Origin: Clostridiales bacterium
GTDB taxonomy: Bacteria > Bacillota > Clostridia > Ch29
DNA length: 53,752 nucleotides
Assembly: GCA_012728565.1 (NCBI GenBank)
Contig: JAAYEV010000032.1
Span: 1 to 53,752, forward strand
Direction of reading: 5' to 3'
Shown: one piece after another, positions 9,647-18,738 of the stretch
How positions within the stretch are numbered: the first letter of the stretch is position 1
Layout of the letters: the number at the start of each line of letters is the position of its first letter
Position numbers and translations under genes: made by a program
Notes under the pieces: model-generated
What the model saw: the letters and a program-made list of their open reading frames with translations, nothing else
Database searches by the model: none
What the model was told of the DNA's origin: nothing

Positions 9647-9680
9647 AAAAAAACCTGCCGCCCGGAAGCCGGCAACAGGT
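9647..9680 (-). terminator. Intrinsic terminator forming the riboswitch expression platform
   Basis: ACCUGUUGCCGG-CUU-CCGGGCGGCAGGU followed by UUUUUU. Confidence 0.85.
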
Positions 9681-9707
9681 AAATAAACCGTTTTATAAAA
9701 AGCGGCT

Positions 9708-9800
9708 GTATCCGGCAACCCGGCTGCCATAGCAATGACCTTGCCTTAGGCCCGTGGCTTTGCGTCCCCACCTTTTGATGGGTTTGCCTTTATCGAACAC
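9708..9800 (-). ncRNA. Cyclic di-GMP-I (GEMM) riboswitch aptamer upstream of flgB
   Basis: GGCAAACCCAUC-AAAA-GGUGGGGACGCAAAGCCACGGGCCUAAG...UAUGGCAGCCGGGUUGCCG. Has the GGCAAA/GACGCAAAGC core and the CCUAAG/UAUGG 11-nt receptor. The G20 and C92 equivalents are present, indicating c-di-GMP rather than c-AMP-GMP. Confidence 0.95.
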
Positions 9801-9817
9801 TGTCATATTATTAATAT

Positions 9818-9826
9818 ATTCTATCA
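9818..9826 (-). promoter_or_regulatory. Extended -10 (TGnTAGAAT) sigmaA-type promoter for the riboswitch/flagellar operon
   Basis: TGATAGAAT lies just upstream of the aptamer, preceded by a long A/T-tract region. Confidence 0.55.
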
Positions 9827-9953
9827 TATATTTCTATATATTTTTACTTTTTCCTCCTTTTTTCGTAAAAATATTTTTTATTTTTTCTATTTTTTGTTAT
9901 ACCGACCGTCGTCTCGCCGCTTTATTTCGTTATATATAAGCCCGGTAACTGCT

Positions 9954-11345
9954 TTATATTATGAACCGACCTATGTCCTTCCCGGTTATCAATTCCTTAA
10001 GCTGCGCCTTAACGTATTCCCCGTCAATCACCATGGTTTTCCCCGTAAGCTCGGGTGCGGAGTAGGAAATCTCTTCGAACAACTTCTCTACAATGGAATG
10101 CAGCCTTCTTGCTCCTATGTTTTCATCCGCCTGGTTGACGGCATAGGCTATCTCGGCTATTTGGTCTACCGCGTCGTCCTTGATTACCACCTTCACTCCT
10201 TCGGTATCCAGCAGGGCCGTGTACTGGGTAATAAGGGCGTTTTTTGGCTGGGTCAGTATCCTTTTGAAATCTTCTACCGTCAGGCTGTCAAGTTCCACCC
10301 TTATCGGAAAGCGGCCCTGGAGCTCGGGTATCAGGTCGGAGGGCTTTGATATGTGAAAGGCCCCCGCTGCAATAAACAGTATATGGTCGGTCTTTACCGG
10401 CCCGTACTTTGTCATCACGGTACTGCCCTCCACCAGCGGCAGTATATCCCTCTGCACACCCTCCCTGGAAACGTCCGGCCCGGCCTTGTAGTCCCTGGAC
10501 GCTATCTTGTCTATCTCGTCCAGAAATATTATCCCGTTTTGCTCGGCCTGTTCTATGGCCTCGGCAACCACCTGGTCCATGTCCACCAGTTTGTTGGCTT
10601 CTTCCTGCACCAGCAGTTTCCTTGCCTCCGCCACTGTTACCTTTCTTTTTTTCTTTTTGCCGGGAAGCATTCCGCCAAGGAGGTCACGGAAATTTATAGA
10701 CATCTCTTCGATACCCACCCCGGTGAAAAACTCCACCGGTGTCCCGCCCCTGTCCTCTATTTCAATCTCAACCATTTCATTCTCCAGCTCGCCTATTTTC
10801 AGCTTTGACCTTACTATGTTTCTCTCCTCATGAACCGCCTTCATTCTTTCCCCGTCGCCGGTGTTCTGCTGTTCCGGCGGCTGGCCGAACAAAACCTCCA
10901 GCGGGTTTTTATAGGACGCTTCCTTTTTCGGCGAGGGGACTAAGAGCTCAACTATCCTTTCCTCCGCCGCCGCTTCGGCCTTGCCCCGGACCTGCTCCAC
11001 CATCCTGTTTTTTACCATTCTTATGGAGGTTTCCACCAGGTCCCTAACCATGGAATCCACGTCCCGGCCCACGTAACCGACCTCTGTGAACTTGGTGGCT
11101 TCCACTTTGACGAAGGGCGCATCAACAAGTCTTGCAAGCCTCCGGGCAATCTCGGTCTTGCCTACGCCGGTAGGGCCTATCATTATTATGTTCCTCGGTT
11201 TTATCTCCTCCTGGAGTTCCTCCGGCAGTCTCCTTCGCCGGTACCTGTTTCTAAGGGCCACCGCCACCGACCTTTTCGCGCTGTCCTGGCCTACTATGTA
11301 CTTATCCAGCTGCTTTACTATCTCAGAGGGAGTTAGTTCTCTCAA
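9954..11345 (-). CDS. hslU: ATP-dependent protease ATPase subunit HslU (ClpY)
   Basis: [41 protein letters not shown]. Confidence 0.98.
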   Translation of the reverse strand: MRELTPSEIVKQLDKYIVGQDSAKRSVAVALRNRYRRRRLPEELQEEIKPRNIIMIGPTGVGKTEIARRLARLVDAPFVKVEATKFTEVGYVGRDVDSMVRDLVETSIRMVKNRMVEQVRGKAEAAAEERIVELLVPSPKKEASYKNPLEVLFGQPPEQQNTGDGERMKAVHEERNIVRSKLKIGELENEMVEIEIEDRGGTPVEFFTGVGIEEMSINFRDLLGGMLPGKKKKRKVTVAEARKLLVQEEANKLVDMDQVVAEAIEQAEQNGIIFLDEIDKIASRDYKAGPDVSREGVQRDILPLVEGSTVMTKYGPVKTDHILFIAAGAFHISKPSDLIPELQGRFPIRVELDSLTVEDFKRILTQPKNALITQYTALLDTEGVKVVIKDDAVDQIAEIAYAVNQADENIGARRLHSIVEKLFEEISYSAPELTGKTMVIDGEYVKAQLKELITGKDIGRFII

Positions 11346-11366
11346 TTTTTCACCTCTCCTTTAACA

Positions 11367-11897
11367 TCATAGCTCCAGTACGGTTATGTCATCATTGGTA
11401 TATACACAAATACCGGACGCTATCCTCAGGGCCTTTTCAGCAATTCCGGCCGCGTCCAACCCGGTGTTTTCGTATAGGGCCCTTGCCGCCGCCAGCGCAT
11501 AAGGCCCGCCCGAGCCAACGGCAATCACGTTGTCGTCCGGTTCTATTACTTCGCCGTTCCCGGAAATAACCAGCAGCGATTCCCTGTCAAGGGCTATCAG
11601 CATTGCCTCCAGCCTTCTTAATACCTTGTCGGTCCTCCAGTCCTTGGCAAGCTCCACCGCAGCCCTCTTAAGGCTTCCCCCGTACTGCTCCAGCTTGCCT
11701 TCGAACTTTTCGGTCAAAGTAAGGGCATCCGCCACCGAACCGGCAAACCCTACCAGGACCCTGTCGTTGTATATCTTCCTTACCTTTTTTGCACGATGTT
11801 TCATTATGGTATGTTCGCCCAGCGTAATCTGGCCGTCTCCAGCAATGGCTCCCTTGCTTCCTTTCCTTACAGCCACAATTGTGGTCCCCTTTATCAC
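11367..11897 (-). CDS. hslV: ATP-dependent protease subunit HslV (ClpQ)
   Basis: [31 protein letters not shown]. Confidence 0.98.
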   Translation of the reverse strand: MIKGTTIVAVRKGSKGAIAGDGQITLGEHTIMKHRAKKVRKIYNDRVLVGFAGSVADALTLTEKFEGKLEQYGGSLKRAAVELAKDWRTDKVLRRLEAMLIALDRESLLVISGNGEVIEPDDNVIAVGSGGPYALAAARALYENTGLDAAGIAEKALRIASGICVYTNDDITVLEL

Positions 11898-11940
11898 AAT
11901 AACACCACCTTCAATATGAATTGCGTATGCTCACCGGCAC

Positions 11941-13248
11941 CTAGTCCAGGTCCCGGACCATCCGGTCCAGGTATTCCAGCGACCTTTCGGCAAGCATTCT
12001 ATTTCGCATTTTTTTGTCCCTAACCCTTTCCTCCAGCGGCGGCAGCAGGCCAAAATTGGCGTTCATGGGCTGAAAACCGTCACCGGCGGTACCGGTGGTA
12101 ATATACTTTAAAAGCGAACCTATAATGGTTTCCCCCGGCAGCACCGGCAGGGGCTTTCCCTCCATCATCCTTGCCATGCCAATACCGGCAACAAGCCCCG
12201 AGGCAGTGGATTCTATATACCCTTCCACACCCGTTATCTGACCTGCAAACATTATGCTGGGGTCGGTTTTTAGCTGCAGCGTATCAAGCAGCAGCCGGGG
12301 GGAATTGATATAGGTGTTCCTGTGCATAACGCCGTACCTTACAAACTCCGCATCCTTTAATCCAGGAATCATCCTAAACACTCGGTTTTGTTCAGACCAT
12401 CGCAGGTTGGTTTGGAAGCCCACCAGGTTGTACAAGGTACCCTGGGCATTGTCCTGCCTCAGCTGCACCACGGCATAGGGCGTGCGGCCGGTACGGGGGT
12501 CGATTAGGCCCACCGGTCTTAAGGGCCCGTACAGCAGCGTATCCTTTCCCCTTTTTGCCATCACTTCCACCGGCATACACCCCTCGAATACCTTTAAGTC
12601 TTCAAACCGTTTAAGCGGATAGCCTTTAGCCTCCACCAGTTCCGACCAGAACTCTTCGTATTCTTCCCTTGTGAAGGGGCAGTTGAGGTAGTGGTCCCCG
12701 GCCTTTCCATACCTGGAGGCCCTGAATATCACATCCATGTCAAGGGAATCCGCCGTTACTATCGGGGACGCCGCGTCATAGAAATACAGGTATTCACAGT
12801 CCAGTACTTTTGCCAGGGCCTTGGCAAGCCCGTCGGAAGTCAGAGGGCCGGTGGCGATTATCGCAGGCCCTACGGGGAACTCTGTAACCTCCTGCCTTAT
12901 AACTTCTATGTTGTGGTTTTCTTCAATCATGCGGGTTACCTGCCGGGCAAAGCCCTCCCTGTCCACCGCCAGCGCCGCGCCGGCGGGCACGGTGTTGTTG
13001 TCGGCGCATTTTATAATGAGGGAATCCAGCCTTCTCATTTCTTCCTTAAGAAGTCCCGCCGCATTCTCCAGCAGGTTTGACCTTAAGGAATTGCTGCAGA
13101 CAAGCTCTGCAAACAGGTCCGTATGGTGCGCCGGCGTCATTTTTTCCGGTCTCATTTCATAAAGCTTAACCTTGATACCCCTTTTCGCCAGCTGCCATGC
13201 CGCTTCACTTCCGGCCAGCCCTGCTCCTATCACAGTTACCGATTTCAT
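11941..13248 (-). CDS. trmFO: tRNA (uracil-54)-methyltransferase TrmFO
   Basis: [33 protein letters not shown]. Confidence 0.97.
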   Translation of the reverse strand: MKSVTVIGAGLAGSEAAWQLAKRGIKVKLYEMRPEKMTPAHHTDLFAELVCSNSLRSNLLENAAGLLKEEMRRLDSLIIKCADNNTVPAGAALAVDREGFARQVTRMIEENHNIEVIRQEVTEFPVGPAIIATGPLTSDGLAKALAKVLDCEYLYFYDAASPIVTADSLDMDVIFRASRYGKAGDHYLNCPFTREEYEEFWSELVEAKGYPLKRFEDLKVFEGCMPVEVMAKRGKDTLLYGPLRPVGLIDPRTGRTPYAVVQLRQDNAQGTLYNLVGFQTNLRWSEQNRVFRMIPGLKDAEFVRYGVMHRNTYINSPRLLLDTLQLKTDPSIMFAGQITGVEGYIESTASGLVAGIGMARMMEGKPLPVLPGETIIGSLLKYITTGTAGDGFQPMNANFGLLPPLEERVRDKKMRNRMLAERSLEYLDRMVRDLD

Positions 13249-13320
13249 GATGTTTCACCCGTCTTCATATAAAGTTACCGTTCCTAATGCATCCGTACAT
13301 AAATAATACGTCACACCGTA

Positions 13321-15384
13321 TCATCCGCCGTAGTTTTCGCATTCTTCGTTAAGGCACACCGGCCCGTTTTCCTTCCTGCCCTTGGCCTCCCACAGGTTTT
13401 GGCCGCATTCCTTGCATTTTTCCGTCGAAGGCTTGTTCCATGTCATAAAGTCACAGTCGGGATAATTGGCACACCCGTAAAAGGTCCTCCCCTTTTTGGT
13501 CCTTTTGACAACAATGTCGCCACCGCACTTGGGGCATGGGACCCCCGCCTTTTCCAATAGCGGCTTGGTGTTCCTGCATTCAGGGAAGCCCGGGCAGGCA
13601 AGGAATTTACCGTATTTCCCGTGCTTTATCACCATATTCCTGCCGCAGCGTTCGCATACTTCATCGGTTTCCTTTTCCTTGATGACTATCTTCTCCATTT
13701 TTTTCTCCGCCCTGGACACCATTTCCTCCAGGGGGCGGTAAAAGTCCTCCACGACCTTTCTCCATTCAATCCCGTTTTCTTCTATTTCATCCAGCTTCTC
13801 TTCCATGTCCGCCGTAAAATCCACGTCCACGATATCGGCAAAGTATTCCTCCATAACCTCGTTCACCACCTTGCCGAGGTATGTGGGCACAAGGGACTTT
13901 TTATCCTTTTCCACGTAACCCCTCTGCAAGATGGTGGATATTACTGGGGCATAGGTGCTGGGCCTTCCGATCCCGTCATCCTCAAGAGCTTTAATAAGCG
14001 AAGCTTCGGTGTACCTTGCCGGGGGCTGTGTGAAATACTGTTTGTCCTCCAGCTTCTTAACCTTCAGCAAGTCCCCCTTTTCCAGCGGTGGTATCTCCTC
14101 CTGCTTGTTCTCGGCATCATCGTCCATTACCTGCAAAAACCCCTTGAAGGTAAGTGACATGCCGGCAGCCTTAAACAGGTACTGCCCGCACGCTACGCTT
14201 ACATTCACCGTGTCGTACAGGGCATCCACCATCTGGGACGCAACAAAACGTTTCCAGATAAGGCTGTATACCTTGTACTGGTCCGGGGTAAGGGAGTCCT
14301 TTATGCTGTCGGGGGTCCTGCTGACCGACGTTGGCCTTATGGCCTCGTGGGCCCCCTGGGCGCCCTTTTTACTCTTATAATAACGGGGCTTTTCGGGCAG
14401 GTAGCCCTCTCCCCATTCTTTTTTGACATAGTCCCTGACCTGGGCCAGGGCCGTATCCGATATGCGCACCGAGTCGGTCCTCATGTATGTTATAAGCCCC
14501 TCGGTGCCGGCACCCTTTATATCGACACCCTCGTACAGCTGCTGGGCGGCGGTCATGGTCCTTTTTACCGTAAACCCCAGTTTATTGTGCGCATCCTGCT
14601 GCAGGCTGCTGGTAATATAGGGAGGGTACGGGCTTCTTGCCTTTTTGCCCTTCTTTATCTCGGTGACTTCATATTTTCCGTCCTTTATTTCCTTGAGTAC
14701 GCTGTCCATTTCTTCCCTGCTGCCGATGGATATCTTCTTTCCGTCCCGGGAATGAAGCTCCACCTTGAAGCTTTCCTTGCGGTCCTTTTTGTACAGTGTC
14801 GCAAACAGCCGCCAGTATTCCTGAGGAACAAACTTCTCTATTTGCTCCTCGCGGTCGCAAATAAGCCTTAGGGCAACCGACTGGACCCGGCCGGCGCTTA
14901 AGCCCTTTTTTACCTTTTTCCACAATAGCGGGCTAATCTCGTAACCCACCAGGCGGTCCACTATCCTTCGCGCCTGCTGGGCATCCACCAGCCTGCCGTC
15001 GATGGGCCTTGGGTTTTTCAGCGCCCTTTTTACCGCGTCCTTTGTGACCTCGTTGAACTCAATCCTGCACGGCGAAGAGGTATCCAGGTCCAGTATATGG
15101 GCAAGGTGCCAGGAAATTGCCTCCCCTTCCCTGTCCGGGTCGGTGGCAAGGAGAATTTTGTCCGCCTCCTTGGCTTCCTTTTTTATCTTGTCCAGAACCG
15201 GTCCCTTTCCTCTTATTGTAATATACTTGGGCTCAAAACCTCTTTCCTTGTCAACCCCCATCTGGCTCTTGGGCAGGTCCCGCACATGGCCCATGGATGC
15301 TTCCACCTTGTAGCCCCTGCCAAGAAATTTTTTTATCGTCTTTGCCTTGGCGGGGGATTCCACTATAACCAGGCACTTTGTCAT
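13321..15384 (-). CDS. topA: DNA topoisomerase I
   Basis: IVESPAKA, DPDREGE, GRVQS, ITYMRTD and C-terminal zinc ribbons. Confidence 0.98.
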   Translation of the reverse strand: MTKCLVIVESPAKAKTIKKFLGRGYKVEASMGHVRDLPKSQMGVDKERGFEPKYITIRGKGPVLDKIKKEAKEADKILLATDPDREGEAISWHLAHILDLDTSSPCRIEFNEVTKDAVKRALKNPRPIDGRLVDAQQARRIVDRLVGYEISPLLWKKVKKGLSAGRVQSVALRLICDREEQIEKFVPQEYWRLFATLYKKDRKESFKVELHSRDGKKISIGSREEMDSVLKEIKDGKYEVTEIKKGKKARSPYPPYITSSLQQDAHNKLGFTVKRTMTAAQQLYEGVDIKGAGTEGLITYMRTDSVRISDTALAQVRDYVKKEWGEGYLPEKPRYYKSKKGAQGAHEAIRPTSVSRTPDSIKDSLTPDQYKVYSLIWKRFVASQMVDALYDTVNVSVACGQYLFKAAGMSLTFKGFLQVMDDDAENKQEEIPPLEKGDLLKVKKLEDKQYFTQPPARYTEASLIKALEDDGIGRPSTYAPVISTILQRGYVEKDKKSLVPTYLGKVVNEVMEEYFADIVDVDFTADMEEKLDEIEENGIEWRKVVEDFYRPLEEMVSRAEKKMEKIVIKEKETDEVCERCGRNMVIKHGKYGKFLACPGFPECRNTKPLLEKAGVPCPKCGGDIVVKRTKKGRTFYGCANYPDCDFMTWNKPSTEKCKECGQNLWEAKGRKENGPVCLNEECENYGG

Positions 15385-15401
15385 ATCATTCACCTCCGTC
15401 G

Positions 15402-16502
15402 TTATCTGGCCACGAAATAGTTGCCGGGCAGCCTTTGAATCAGTCCTTCCACCTCGTAATGGGTAAGCAGCGCGTTCAGCTGGTTTATTCTAAGGCCGCT
15501 CTCGGAAAGGAGGTCATCTATATGAACCGGCTGCTGTCCAATCATCCTTAGAACCTTGTCTTCAGTTTTTCCCGTCCCGGCTCCAATTAACCCGTTGTCG
15601 TCGTCTTTTTTTTCTCGGCTTTGCAGCATCGCAAAGGGGAACTCTTCCAGGATATCCTCCACCCGGTTAACAATTTTTGCACCCTGTTTTATCAGGTTGT
15701 TGGTACCGGCGCTGGTGGCACTGTTTATATTGCCCGGCACCGCGAATACTTCCCGGTTCTGCTCAAGGGCAAAGTCCGCGGTAATCAATGCGCCGCTCCT
15801 TTCGGAAGCCTCTACAACCACCACCCCCAGCGACAGCCCGCTTATCAGCCTGTTCCGGGCAGGAAAGTTACCCCTTAAGGGACTGGTTCCCGGCGGGTAC
15901 TCGCTAAGCAGCAGCCCGCCTCCGGATATTTCCTTCATAAGCTGATAGTTTTCCCTGGGATATACAACGTCCAGGCCGTTACCCATAACCGCTATGGTCT
16001 TTCCCCCTACCGCCAGGGCACCCTTGTGGGCATAGCTGTCAATACCCCTGGCGAAACCGCTTACTATGTTAAACCCTGCCCTTGCCAGCTGTTCCGCCAG
16101 TTTAAAAGCCACCTTTTTTCCATAGTAACTGGCGTTCCTTGACCCAACAATGGCTATACAGTTTCCCTCCAGTGCCTTCCTGTCTCCCTTTACGTACAAA
16201 AGGTACGGTGGATTGTATATCTCCTTAAGCAGTGCGGGGTAGTAATCCGAGGTTATCGGGATGGTTGAAATATTGTGCCTCTCAAGGCTGTACAGGCAGT
16301 GTTCCAGCCTTGCCTCGTTCTTGTGTGCAAGAATCTGCCTAATAACCCCACGATCAATTCCCTTTACTTTTTCAAGGTCTTCACGGCCGGCTTCCCAAAC
16401 CGATTTAGCCGAACCGAAATGTTCAATGAGCCTTTTGATCCTAATGCCGCCAATATTCCTTATCCCGGACAGCCAGATTAAGTACTTATCCTGTTCCATC
16501 AC
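15402..16502 (-). CDS. dprA: DNA-processing protein DprA
   Basis: IAIVGSR, VSGFARGID, FPARNRLISGLS; upstream of topA. Confidence 0.97.
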   Translation of the reverse strand: MMEQDKYLIWLSGIRNIGGIRIKRLIEHFGSAKSVWEAGREDLEKVKGIDRGVIRQILAHKNEARLEHCLYSLERHNISTIPITSDYYPALLKEIYNPPYLLYVKGDRKALEGNCIAIVGSRNASYYGKKVAFKLAEQLARAGFNIVSGFARGIDSYAHKGALAVGGKTIAVMGNGLDVVYPRENYQLMKEISGGGLLLSEYPPGTSPLRGNFPARNRLISGLSLGVVVVEASERSGALITADFALEQNREVFAVPGNINSATSAGTNNLIKQGAKIVNRVEDILEEFPFAMLQSREKKDDDNGLIGAGTGKTEDKVLRMIGQQPVHIDDLLSESGLRINQLNALLTHYEVEGLIQRLPGNYFVAR

Positions 16503-16518
16503 GTATCCCTCCTTCAGT

Positions 16519-18030
16519 TCAACTTGTAATTCTATATTGAAGTGCTTCGGCTATATCCTCCACTTCAACGCCGCCCTTTTCCTCAAGGTCGGCTATGGTT
16601 CTTGCAACCTTCAGCACCTTGACATATCCCCTGGCACTTAAACCCAGCCTCCTGTAGGTGCTGTTCAAAAAGTCCATGGCCCTTGCGCTTACCCGGCAAT
16701 TCTGTTCTATATCCTTTATTGATAGCTGGGAATTGTACAACAGTCCTTTGCCTTTCAACCTATTATATTGTATTTCACGGGCCCTGATTACTCTTTCTTT
16801 TACCTCGGCGGAAGTTGCCCCGCCTTTTCTCCGGTCAAGGTCCTGCACAGGGACCCTTGATATTTCAACCTGCAGGTCAATTCTATCCATTAACGGCCCG
16901 GATATCCTGCCGAAATACTTCTGAATATCCCTTGGCGAGCACCGGCATTCCCGCGTATGGTCCCCGTAATAGCCACAGGGACACGGGTTTGCGCTGGCCG
17001 CCAGCAAAAATTTCGCCGGAAAGGAAAAGGTTGCATTCACCCTTGAAACGGTAATGACTTCGTTTTCCACTGGCTGTCTCAGGGCCTCCAGCACCCTCCT
17101 GGAGAACTCCGGCAATTCATCCAAAAATAAAACACCCTGGTGGGCAAGGCTTATTTCTCCCGGCCTGGGGATGGTGCCCCCGCCTACCAGTGACGCCGCC
17201 GAGATGGTATGATGGGGCGCCCTGAAGGGAGGTACCCTTATAATGGATTTTCCCTCCAACTTGCCTGCAATACTGTAGATCTTGGTAACTTCCAGGGCCT
17301 GCTCCTCTTTTAGGTCGGGCAAAATTGTAGGAAGCCTCCTGGCAAGCATTGTTTTTCCCGAACCGGGGGGGCCTATAAGTATTATGTTATGCATGCCGGC
17401 GGCGGCTATCTCCAGCGCCCGCTTGGCGTTTTCCTGACCCCTGACGTCGCTTAGGTCCAATTCGGCTCCGGGTGCCTCCGGCGGATGCTCGCTTTTCTTG
17501 GGCTGCTTGTATTTTTCAGGTGCCTTTAGATACTCGACAGCTTCATCCAGCGACTTTATCCCGATTATCTCCATGTTCTCAACTATGGAGGCTTCTTCGG
17601 CGTTGTCCCGGGGAAGTATTATTCTGGAAAACCCCATTTCTTTAAGGGCTATTGCCATGGTTAGGATGCCCTTTACCTTTTTTACCTCCCCCCCGAGGGA
17701 CAGTTCGCCAATAATGGCGGTGTCCTCCATCGGAAATGCCGGTTCCACCTGTCCCGAGGACAAAAGTATTCCAACGGCAATTGGGAGGTCATAGAAAGCC
17801 CCCTCTTTTCTTATGTCGGCGGGCGCCATGTTTACCGTTATCCTTTTTAATGGAAACTCCATGCCCGAATTCTTTATGGCGGACCGCACCCTTTCCTTTG
17901 ATTCGTTTACCGCAGCGTCGGGAAGGCCCACTATTTGGCAGGACGGAAGGCCGTTGGAGATGAAGGTTTCAATTTCCACGCAGTATCCGTCCATCCCAAA
18001 AAAACAGCAGCTATACACCTTTGACAGCAT
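16519..18030 (-). CDS. comM: YifB/ComM Mg-chelatase-like AAA+ ATPase
   Basis: VGLPDAAVNES, GPPGSGKTMLA, FRAPHHT, LFLDELPEF, NPCPCG. Confidence 0.93.
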   Translation of the reverse strand: MLSKVYSCCFFGMDGYCVEIETFISNGLPSCQIVGLPDAAVNESKERVRSAIKNSGMEFPLKRITVNMAPADIRKEGAFYDLPIAVGILLSSGQVEPAFPMEDTAIIGELSLGGEVKKVKGILTMAIALKEMGFSRIILPRDNAEEASIVENMEIIGIKSLDEAVEYLKAPEKYKQPKKSEHPPEAPGAELDLSDVRGQENAKRALEIAAAGMHNIILIGPPGSGKTMLARRLPTILPDLKEEQALEVTKIYSIAGKLEGKSIIRVPPFRAPHHTISAASLVGGGTIPRPGEISLAHQGVLFLDELPEFSRRVLEALRQPVENEVITVSRVNATFSFPAKFLLAASANPCPCGYYGDHTRECRCSPRDIQKYFGRISGPLMDRIDLQVEISRVPVQDLDRRKGGATSAEVKERVIRAREIQYNRLKGKGLLYNSQLSIKDIEQNCRVSARAMDFLNSTYRRLGLSARGYVKVLKVARTIADLEEKGGVEVEDIAEALQYRITS

Positions 18031-18090
18031 ATTACCACCCCAGCTTGCCGTACTTTTAAAAAATCCTGCAGGGCACCCTTCAGCCCCGGC

Positions 18091-18468
18091 TCAATAATAC
18101 CCCGGCCAAGCATCGAAGGCATCCTTTATAAGCCTTAGCTGTTTTGCTTCACTGTCCTTTATTAAAACTTCCACCACGTCAAACCTAACCTGCCGGTACG
18201 GTACTTTATGCCGCGCAATATAGGACAGCGCAATCCTGGTAAGCCTTCTTTGTTTTTCCCGGTTTACCGCCTCGCCGGGGGTGCCGCACCTCGTGCTCCT
18301 CCTGGTTTTCACTTCCACAAACACAAGGACTTCACCGTCATAAGCTATAATATCCGCTTCGCCCTGTTTGTCCCGGTAATTGGCCTGGATTATCCTGTAC
18401 CCCATGTTTTCCAGGTACTCTTTTGCGGCGTCCTCCCCCATTTTACCCGTTCGGAGGCCGGAAGTCAT
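18091..18468 (-). CDS. yraN: YraN family (UPF0102) putative endonuclease
   Basis: GEADIIA..LVFVEVKTR..RFDVVEV. Start moved to MTSG. Confidence 0.92.
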   Translation of the reverse strand: MTSGLRTGKMGEDAAKEYLENMGYRIIQANYRDKQGEADIIAYDGEVLVFVEVKTRRSTRCGTPGEAVNREKQRRLTRIALSYIARHKVPYRQVRFDVVEVLIKDSEAKQLRLIKDAFDAWPGYY

Positions 18469-18736
18469 CCCTTTCATCCCCTTCTTTTTTGTTGAGCATG
18501 TAAATAAACGATAAAACCTCGGCAACAATACCGTACAGTTCCGGGGGAATCTCCCTTCCTATTTCAACCCTGCCTAGCATCTCGGCCAGGTTTTCTTCCC
18601 TGTAAAGCGGCACACCCGATTTCGCCGCAATCTCCAGTATTTTATCCGCCACAATGCCCCGGCCGTACGCGGTGAGCCTGGGTGCGCTGTCCCCCTCGCC
18701 GTATTCTATTGAAGCTGCAATGCGCTTGTTATCCAT
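18443..18736 (-). CDS. Stand-alone FlhB C-terminal-like protein (EscU/YscU/HrcU family, YlqH-like)
   Basis: APRLTAYGRG..A.KILEIA...VP...EIPPELYGIVAEVL. Confidence 0.9.
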   Translation of the reverse strand: MDNKRIAASIEYGEGDSAPRLTAYGRGIVADKILEIAAKSGVPLYREENLAEMLGRVEIGREIPPELYGIVAEVLSFIYMLNKKEGDERDDFRPPNG

Positions 18737-18738
18737 GT

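Noticed and set aside
9780-9792. Riboswitch as a c-AMP-GMP (GEMM-Ib) variant
   Set aside because: The position equivalent to Vc2 G20 is G (AAGGCAAA), consistent with c-di-GMP.
9840-9900. CodY box or small ORF (9754-9939) in the AT-rich region
   Set aside because: Poor match to AATTTTCWGAAAATT. The ORF is low-complexity and antisense to the riboswitch; the region is better explained as promoter-upstream A/T tracts.
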